DNA of 64,000 nt from Acidobacteriota bacterium (lineage in GTDB: Bacteria; Acidobacteriota; UBA6911; RPQK01; JAJDTT01), in NCBI GenBank assembly GCA_965217775.1, contig CBDCJH010000002.1, positions 2,592,001-2,656,000 on the forward strand, given 5' to 3'. This document shows, in pieces, positions 57,488-64,000 of this stretch. Both the position numbers and the translations under genes were made by a program. The notes below the pieces were generated by a model that made no database searches, was not told the origin of the DNA, and saw only the letters and a list, made by a program, of their open reading frames with translations. Each line of letters opens with the position of its first letter. Positions within the stretch are counted from its first letter, which is position 1.

Positions 57488-58240
57488 TCATGCCAGTAGA
57501 TCGGCCAAGTCGGCGGCGCTCACCTCTCCTCTGTGCACAACCGTTTTCAGGCGGCCCCGCTCCAGGACGGCGATCCGGTCGGCGACGGGGACGACGTGAT
57601 TCATATTGTGGTCGATGTAGAGGATGCCCAGCGCCCGCGCCCGGGCTTGGTCGATGGTTTCGTGAACCCGGCGAACCTCCCGTACTGAGAGGGATGCCAC
57701 CGGTTCGTCCAGGATCAATAGTCGCGACTCGAAGTGGACCGCTCTGGCGATGGCCAGGGTCTGACGCTCTCCTCCCGACAGGGAGTCCGCCCGCTGGTCC
57801 GGCGAGCGGACGCTCTCCAGGCCGAAATCACGGAGCCGTTCGAGACAGATGCTTCTCATGGCGCTCCGGTCCAGGACTCTCAAGCCGAGAGACTTCCTCC
57901 TCATTTCCTGACCCAGGAAGAAGTTCCGCCACAGGCTCAGTTGGCCGATGATGGCCAGATCCTGATAGACGGTCTCGATCCCGCACCGGCGGGCTTCCCG
58001 AGGGGATGCAAACCGGACCTCCCGGCCCCCCACGACCAGTCTTCCCGAGGTCGGCCTCAGATAACCGCTGACGATCTTGACCAGCGTGGACTTGCCGGCC
58101 CCGTTGTCTCCGACCAGTGCCACCACTTCCCCGGCGCCCAGGCTGAGAGTGACGTTTCCCAGCACCTCCACTTCGCCGTAGGCCTTGGAGACCTCCGTCA
58201 ATTCCACGACCGGTTGGGGGGATCCCACTGGGCTGGTCAC
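57488..58240 (-). CDS. Sugar ABC transporter ATP-binding protein
   Basis: GDNGAGKST, LSGGERQ, ILDEP; GTGA overlap with the permease stop. Confidence 0.93.
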   Translation of the reverse strand: MTSPVGSPQPVVELTEVSKAYGEVEVLGNVTLSLGAGEVVALVGDNGAGKSTLVKIVSGYLRPTSGRLVVGGREVRFASPREARRCGIETVYQDLAIIGQLSLWRNFFLGQEMRRKSLGLRVLDRSAMRSICLERLRDFGLESVRSPDQRADSLSGGERQTLAIARAVHFESRLLILDEPVASLSVREVRRVHETIDQARARALGILYIDHNMNHVVPVADRIAVLERGRLKTVVHRGEVSAADLADLLA

Positions 58241-59211
58241 GAGCTGTTCCCAACCCCGCGGCGTATCGACTCGGCCCGGGCATTGATCAACGCCACGACC
58301 AACAGCAGGACGCCGATCAGCCCCGTGTAGTATTCCCCGCGGGTCCCCACCAGGATCAATCCGGTCTTGAGCGCGCCCAGGATCAAGGTCCCCAGCAGCG
58401 TTCCCAGAATGGTTCCGCGAACCCCGAAGAGAGAGGTGCCCCCCATGACCACGGCCACGATGGCCAGCAGATTGTAATTTTCTCCCGAACTCACGCCGGA
58501 CGACCCGAAATCCGCCAACTGAAGACAGCCCGCCAATCCTGCCAGCCCCGCGCACAGGGCAAAGTTGGTCAGCTTGACTCTGGCGACGGGCACACCCATG
58601 GCTCGGGCCACGCTGCCACTCGCGTGCCCGGCGGCCCGGGTCCAGTTTCCGTAACCGGTCCGCTCCAGGACGAACCAGAGAACGGCCGCCGCGGACAACA
58701 TCCAGAGAAAGGGGGCGCCGACGGGCGTGGCCGGCACGTCCTCCCCCATGAAGCGGATCAGCGGACTCTCCCGGCCGTAAAGCTGGACCGGATAGCCGCC
58801 GGCCAGGATCCGATTCAGGCTGGTGACGGCGAACAACATGCCCAGGGTCACGATCAGCGAAGGGATTCGAGCCAGCGTGGTGAGCAAACCGTTGATCAGA
58901 CCCACCAGCAGCACGGCCGCCAATGCCAAACCGAGGGCGGCCGGCGCCGCCCAGTCCAGATCGGTCATCAACCGGCCCATGACGATGGGCGCCAAGGCGA
59001 AGGTCTGTGAGACGGAGAGATCGAACTCCCCGCTGATCATGAGCAGGGTCACGCCCAGGGCCACCATGCCCAGCGACGCCGAGAGGGCGGCCAGAGCGCT
59101 CAACTGGGGGAAGGTCAGGAAGTTGCCGCCCGAGAGGACCTCGAACAGGAGTCCGAGAGCCAGCAAGCCCACGAGGGGACCCGACTCGGGACGCCGGAGT
59201 GTCCGGACCAA
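58237..59211 (-). CDS. Sugar ABC transporter permease
   Basis: ISGEFDLSV, IPSLIVTLG, AVVMGGTSLFG; start uncertain (TTG 59211). Confidence 0.88.
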   Translation of the reverse strand: MVRTLRRPESGPLVGLLALGLLFEVLSGGNFLTFPQLSALAALSASLGMVALGVTLLMISGEFDLSVSQTFALAPIVMGRLMTDLDWAAPAALGLALAAVLLVGLINGLLTTLARIPSLIVTLGMLFAVTSLNRILAGGYPVQLYGRESPLIRFMGEDVPATPVGAPFLWMLSAAAVLWFVLERTGYGNWTRAAGHASGSVARAMGVPVARVKLTNFALCAGLAGLAGCLQLADFGSSGVSSGENYNLLAIVAVVMGGTSLFGVRGTILGTLLGTLILGALKTGLILVGTRGEYYTGLIGVLLLVVALINARAESIRRGVGNSS

Positions 59212-59278
59212 GAGTCTACTCGCTCCCTGCAATCCCCAATTTCCAAACCGGCATAACCGGAACCAATATTTTTTCGAC

Positions 59279-59426
59279 GGAGCGGTGGTTTTCCAGCCGC
59301 CGACTCTTCGTCTGGTCCCGTCGTGCTCCGCTTTGGACCGAAGAGGGCACCCACAAGGGGAGCCCCTACGGAATGTTCTTCGTCCGCTTTGGACCGAAGA
59401 GGGCTCCCACAAGGGGAGCCCCTACC
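59279..59426. repeat. REP cluster inside the ABC operon (one GGAG-type, two tandem GTAG-type)
   Basis: ggagcggtggttttccagccgcc; tccgctttggaccgaagagggc(a/t)cccacaaggggagcccctac twice. Confidence 0.85.
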
Positions 59427-59437
59427 GATTATTATTG

Positions 59438-60481
59438 CTACCCCAGGACACCCCGATTGAACAGGTCTTCCACCTGGTCGATGTTGGATCGGTCCACGAG
59501 CAGCCGGCCCGGATCGACGAACGGCGTTTCAAGGATCCCGCGCCTGAGCTTGAGGTAGAGGGCGACCACAGCATAGTAGGCTTGAAGGTAGGGCTGCTGG
59601 CTCAGGGTCAGGGTCAGAGTTCCCTCCTTGACGCTCCGGATGGTGATCGAATCCAGGTTCCAGCTCAGGACCGGGATGTCCAGTCCCACGTCCGCCTTGG
59701 CCCGCGCCGCCGCCGATCCCGTCAGCGAATCCCAGCAGACGATGCCGCAGGTCTCGGGATGCGCCGTCAGGTAGACCTTCATCAGTTGAAAGTTCCGGGC
59801 CGGGTCCAATCCCACCGGAAACAGATCGATCCGCTCCCGCGACCAGCCGGCTTCGGCGAACACCTTGAGATATGCGTTCTGGATGACCAGGTGCTCGGGA
59901 GAGTCTGGGAGTCCGTTGAACAGGACCACGGGATCGTCGGGCGTCAGATGTTCGAGAAACGCTTCCCCGCTTCGGCGAGCGGCTTCCATCTTGTCCAGAC
60001 CGACGGCCGTCTCCGACAGCCGCACGATCCTGGGATCTCCGGAATCGAACCCCTGGAAGTTGTTGAAGAACTGGATGGCGATGCCCTGATCCAGGGCCAG
60101 CCGAGTGACCTCCTCGAATTCCCGTCCCCGGTAGTCGACGGCGATTCCGTCCGGGGACCCGGCGATCACTCCCTGGATCAGCGCGCTGATGTTGGCCAGA
60201 CTGAACTCTTCGGGCGCGGAATAGGTCACGGCCGTCCCGGCCAGATCCCGGCCGGCGGCTCGGGCGCCCCGGGCTATCAGGTCCCAGAAGGGGTTGTTCA
60301 GCACCGCTCCGACGAAGGAGATTCGGATCTCTTCCCGCTGGCCGTCAGGCTCGGCCCGGGTGCACGCGGATACCAATGCGGCCGCCGAGGCGGACCCGCC
60401 CAGCAGCAGGTCTCGGCGCCTGAACCGGTCTCCGGATCGAGTTGGAGAGACGCGAGCGAACGGGATTCCGGACCGGCTCAG
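59438..60481 (-). CDS. Sugar ABC transporter substrate-binding lipoprotein (Tat-like signal)
   Basis: RRRDLLLGG..LVSAC, NPFWDLIARGA, QQPYLQAY; start codon uncertain. Confidence 0.85.
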   Translation of the reverse strand: MSRSGIPFARVSPTRSGDRFRRRDLLLGGSASAAALVSACTRAEPDGQREEIRISFVGAVLNNPFWDLIARGARAAGRDLAGTAVTYSAPEEFSLANISALIQGVIAGSPDGIAVDYRGREFEEVTRLALDQGIAIQFFNNFQGFDSGDPRIVRLSETAVGLDKMEAARRSGEAFLEHLTPDDPVVLFNGLPDSPEHLVIQNAYLKVFAEAGWSRERIDLFPVGLDPARNFQLMKVYLTAHPETCGIVCWDSLTGSAAARAKADVGLDIPVLSWNLDSITIRSVKEGTLTLTLSQQPYLQAYYAVVALYLKLRRGILETPFVDPGRLLVDRSNIDQVEDLFNRGVLG

Positions 60482-61830
60482 ACCAACTCCTTGAGCGGGA
60501 CTCCGGTCAGGTCGTCGATGGAGTTGGCGATCTTGACGGGGCGGCCGGTGGGGCTCATCAATTCCTTGTTCCAGTCGATCCCCAGGGCCTTGTAGATGGT
60601 GGCGTGCAGGTCTCCCATGGTGACCATGCGCTCGGCCACGTACCCGCCGCGTTCGTCGCTGGCGCCGACCACCTGACCCCCGCGGATGCCTCCGCCTCCC
60701 AGGGCCAGGGACCAGCACTCGGGCCAGTGGTCGCGTCCATTATTGGGGTTCAGGTGGGGGGTGCGGCCGAATTCGCCCATCACCAGGACCACGGTCGTCT
60801 CCAGGAGGCCTCGCTGGTGCAGGTCCTCCATCAGGGTCGAGAGCGCCCGGTCCAAGGGAGGCACCAACTCGTCCCGGTGTTTCGCGTCGTTGTCGCCATG
60901 CGTGTCCCAGACGTTGTGGCTGTAGCCGTTGGCGGTCACGAAGCGGCTGCCGGCCTCCACCAGACGCCGGGCCAGCAGGACGCTCTGCCCGAACTTGTGC
61001 TTGCCGTAGGCTTCCTTCATCTTTTCCGGCTCGCCAGAAAGATCGAAGGCGTCCCGCACTGCGGGAGACAGGATCATCTGCAGGGCCTGTTCGCGAAAGC
61101 CGTCCATGTTGGAGAACTCGGCCAATTCCACCTTCCGGCGGTAGTGACGATCCACGATCTTGAGAAAGGAACTGCGGTTCTCCAGGCTCTCCACCGGAAA
61201 GGACTGGGGCAGGACCAGATCGGTGACGTCGATCCCCTTCTCTCCCCGGTCCGCCAGGATCATGGGATCGTAGGCGGCGCCCAGGAAAGCGGAACGAAAC
61301 AGATCGTTGTAGCGCTTGGCATCGGCCGAGTCCCAGCCGGGACAGAGGACGTGGGGCGGCACCTCGCCCCGGGGTCCCAGTTCCTTGGTGATGATGGAAG
61401 GGAAGCTGGGAAACTTGTCGGCGGCGTTGGGGCGGTGCCCCGTGAGGACGTAGTGGTGTCCCTGAGGGTGATTGTTCTCCTCGGTGTGCATGGTCCGAAT
61501 GATGGAGAGCTTGTCCATGTGCCGGGCGGTCAAGGGGAGGATCTCCGAGACCTGGATGCCGTCGACATTGGTGGCGATGGGTTTGAAGGCGCTGTTGGTG
61601 GGTTTAGGGTCCCAGGTGTCCATTTGACTGGGACCACCCCCCAGCCAGAGCAGGATGCAGGCCTCCGCCTTCTTGGCACGAACCGCCGGCGCGGCTGAGC
61701 TCGCCATCAGGCTTTCCCACTGCAGAACTTGGCTCAAGCTGAGGCCGAGTGCGCCCACCGAGCCCACCCGCAGGAAATCCCGCCTACCCAGTTCCTCTTC
61801 GGTACAGGTCAGACAACCGACTTTCTTCAT
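60478..61830 (-). CDS. DUF1501 domain protein
   Basis: RRDFLRVG, WLGGGPSQMDTWDPK, LLARRLVEAG, WDTH, GEFGRTP, GRDHW. Confidence 0.93.
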   Translation of the reverse strand: MKKVGCLTCTEEELGRRDFLRVGSVGALGLSLSQVLQWESLMASSAAPAVRAKKAEACILLWLGGGPSQMDTWDPKPTNSAFKPIATNVDGIQVSEILPLTARHMDKLSIIRTMHTEENNHPQGHHYVLTGHRPNAADKFPSFPSIITKELGPRGEVPPHVLCPGWDSADAKRYNDLFRSAFLGAAYDPMILADRGEKGIDVTDLVLPQSFPVESLENRSSFLKIVDRHYRRKVELAEFSNMDGFREQALQMILSPAVRDAFDLSGEPEKMKEAYGKHKFGQSVLLARRLVEAGSRFVTANGYSHNVWDTHGDNDAKHRDELVPPLDRALSTLMEDLHQRGLLETTVVLVMGEFGRTPHLNPNNGRDHWPECWSLALGGGGIRGGQVVGASDERGGYVAERMVTMGDLHATIYKALGIDWNKELMSPTGRPVKIANSIDDLTGVPLKELV

Positions 61831-61880
61831 CCGAGTCCAACACCTCCACGATCCAGACCCAAGAAGGGCCTGTGGGTCCG

Positions 61881-64000
61881 TCAATGGTTATACGCAAACT
61901 CCCTGGATGTGAGCAATGCCCAGGCTAGATCGGCAAACATCTGCTTCCGATCCAGCTTGGTGATTCCTGCCAGCACTCCTTCCAACTGATCTTTCTCGTC
62001 GCCGGTGGGCAAGCGGGACAATGACGCCAGATAGAGTTCTTCGATCATGTCCCCTTGGCCCATCCCATCCTGGAGCAAGCGGCTGATTCTTCCGCCCTCC
62101 CGGGTCAGTTTTTCAGTGTACGTCTTCCCGGCGTAGAGATGCAGGGCCTGCGAGACACTGGGACCGGCGTCCCGCTCCGGCAGCGCGTACCGCATGGGGC
62201 GCCCGTAAAGGTCCAGAAAATGGGAGAAATAACGCACCGGAGCTTTAAGCTGGATGGCCCGGGTCCCAACCGGAGGCTGCCCGCCCGGCGACTCCGGTTT
62301 CTCGTGAAAGACTTCGGGGACACCGGCCACTTGGGAAATGGCGTCCAGGAGCACCTCCGCTTCCAGGGGTCTCGGCAGGTAATGGGAGTAGTTGATCCGA
62401 TCGTCCCGGTTGTTCTGGTTGGGCCGGCTCGACAGCTGATAGGTCCGGGATTGAACGATCAACCGAATCAGGCGCCGGAGGTCGTGTCCGTTTTCCCGGA
62501 AGTCGGCGGCCAAGGCGTTGAGCAACTCCGGGTGAGTCGCGGGATTGGAGGCTTTGAAATCGTCCACCGGATCCACGATCCCCCTCCCGAAAAAGTACCC
62601 CCAGACCCGATTGACGAAGGCTTCGGCAAAGTAGGGATGAGAGGTGAGCCACTTGGCCAGTTCCCGGCGCTGGTTCGGTCTCAACTCCTCCGGCAACGGG
62701 GTCCCATCCAGGAATTCCGGGTGGACCACGGTCTTCTTCCGGGGATGCTTCAACGGCCCGGCCTTCCCCTTGTCTCCGTACCCCCCGGCCGGGTTGTCGA
62801 AGGCGATGTCGTAGTAGCCGATGAAGTCGAGATTTCCGAAGAAGGCGGCCAGCCCCCAGAACTGATCCTGGGACCAGGGCTCGAAGGGATGGTCGTGGCA
62901 CTGGGCGCAGTCGAAGCGCCGTCCCGTGTAAACGCGAAGCTCCTCGGAGAGGATCCTCTCCGGCTGCGAGTTGTTCTCGAAGTAGTGCCGCGACGGCCGG
63001 TCCCGGCCCTGGGCGTCCAAGCGTTCCCGGGCCATCTGATCGTACGGTTTGTTGGAGGCGACGCTGCTTCGAATCCACTCCCAGTAGAGCTGGCTGTAGT
63101 TGGGCTCCTGCACCACCCGCAGAAGGTCGGAGAAGCGGAAGGTCCAGAAATCCACGTATTCCGGCGACTCCAGCAGAATCTCGATGAGTTGGTTCCGTTT
63201 GTCCGGATCGGAATTCTCCAGGAATTCGCGGACCCGGTTGGGCGGCGGCAGGGTGCCGATGACGTCCAGGCAGACCCGCCTCAGAAACTCGGAGTCGTCC
63301 GAGAGCTCCGAAGGGATCAGGTGAAAACGCTTCAGCTTGGCGATGACGTGCCGGTCGATGAAGTTCCACTCGGGGACGTCCGGATAGTCGGAGATGGGCT
63401 CGGCGATGACGCCGATGCGGGCATGAACCGTGTGGCCGGCGGCCCGAACCAGGACGTTGGTCTCGCCGGTCTTGACGGCGGTGACCACGCCGTCGGCGTC
63501 CACTTTGGCCACGGCCCGGTTCTGGGATTCGTAACGGACCTCATCGCTGATGTCCCGGGTCCGGCCATCGGACAACTTGGCCGTGACCGCCAGGCGATGG
63601 ACTCCCTTTCCATCCAGAACGATTTCTTCGGGGTAGACCGCCACTCCCTCGATCCGCGGAACGGCAACGCCTCCTTTCGGCTCAAACGGAGCGCCGTTCC
63701 GGACCCAATTCACAATCGTCTCGTATTCATGGGAATCCGTATCGAAGCGCGGTCCGCCGCCGTGGGGAATGGCGAAGGTCGGTTTCTTCAGAAGAAGGCT
63801 TTCGGCCGGCGCGGCCAGATCGATCCGCGGTACCAGAGGCTCGCCCGCCTCTGCCGACAGCACATGGTAGACGCCCCCCCGAACGATCCAGTTGTAGTCC
63901 TCGGGCGGATTCAAGGAGTTGAGCGACAGCTTGAAGCCGCCTCTTCCCTTGACGCCGCCGTGACATCCGCTGTCGTTGCAGCCGTTCTTGGTGAGAACGG
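61881..64000 (-). CDS. DUF1549/DUF1553 domain protein with Ig-like domain (5' end beyond the window)
   Basis: GCNDSGCHG at the window edge, FLRRVCLDVIGTLP, CAQCHDHP, NRVW..FFGRGIVDPVDD, EFAYNH. Confidence 0.93.
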   Translation of the reverse strand, partial: VLTKNGCNDSGCHGGVKGRGGFKLSLNSLNPPEDYNWIVRGGVYHVLSAEAGEPLVPRIDLAAPAESLLLKKPTFAIPHGGGPRFDTDSHEYETIVNWVRNGAPFEPKGGVAVPRIEGVAVYPEEIVLDGKGVHRLAVTAKLSDGRTRDISDEVRYESQNRAVAKVDADGVVTAVKTGETNVLVRAAGHTVHARIGVIAEPISDYPDVPEWNFIDRHVIAKLKRFHLIPSELSDDSEFLRRVCLDVIGTLPPPNRVREFLENSDPDKRNQLIEILLESPEYVDFWTFRFSDLLRVVQEPNYSQLYWEWIRSSVASNKPYDQMARERLDAQGRDRPSRHYFENNSQPERILSEELRVYTGRRFDCAQCHDHPFEPWSQDQFWGLAAFFGNLDFIGYYDIAFDNPAGGYGDKGKAGPLKHPRKKTVVHPEFLDGTPLPEELRPNQRRELAKWLTSHPYFAEAFVNRVWGYFFGRGIVDPVDDFKASNPATHPELLNALAADFRENGHDLRRLIRLIVQSRTYQLSSRPNQNNRDDRINYSHYLPRPLEAEVLLDAISQVAGVPEVFHEKPESPGGQPPVGTRAIQLKAPVRYFSHFLDLYGRPMRYALPERDAGPSVSQALHLYAGKTYTEKLTREGGRISRLLQDGMGQGDMIEELYLASLSRLPTGDEKDQLEGVLAGITKLDRKQMFADLAWALLTSREFAYNH

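Overview
High-GC bacterial window. Gene content (giant cadherin/SwmB/GLUG surface proteins, CRTAC1/ASPIC-UnbV cluster, DUF1501 plus DUF1549/DUF1553) resembles Acidobacteriota-like marine or sponge-symbiont genomes; this is inference. The left ~28 kb holds two tandem paralogous giant secreted proteins on the minus strand. The first (>3880 aa, 11656 to <1) is absent from the supplied ORF track because it runs off the window edge; the second is 4205 aa. They share a signal peptide, a duplicated upstream region and a collinear repeat stalk, but carry different N-terminal enzymes: an S53/S8-like protease plus a degenerate copy, versus a PQQ sugar dehydrogenase plus an aryl-sulfate sulfotransferase. 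Between them a 3.2-kb IS481 element sits in a REP palindrome and carries a decayed IS21 mosaic with two perfect 44- and 52-bp palindromes. Next come a single-chain GAF-PAS-kinase-REC-wHTH regulator, duplicated Tat M19 dipeptidases, a RAYT transposase with flanking repeat arrays, a CRTAC1/TPR cluster, vapBC, metabolic genes, a decayed BsuBI/PstI-type RM system next to a Schlafen/AlbA_2 protein, a sugar ABC transporter and DUF1501/DUF1553 genes. No rRNA, tRNA or CRISPR array was recognised. Domain calls come from motif recognition by eye, not database searches.
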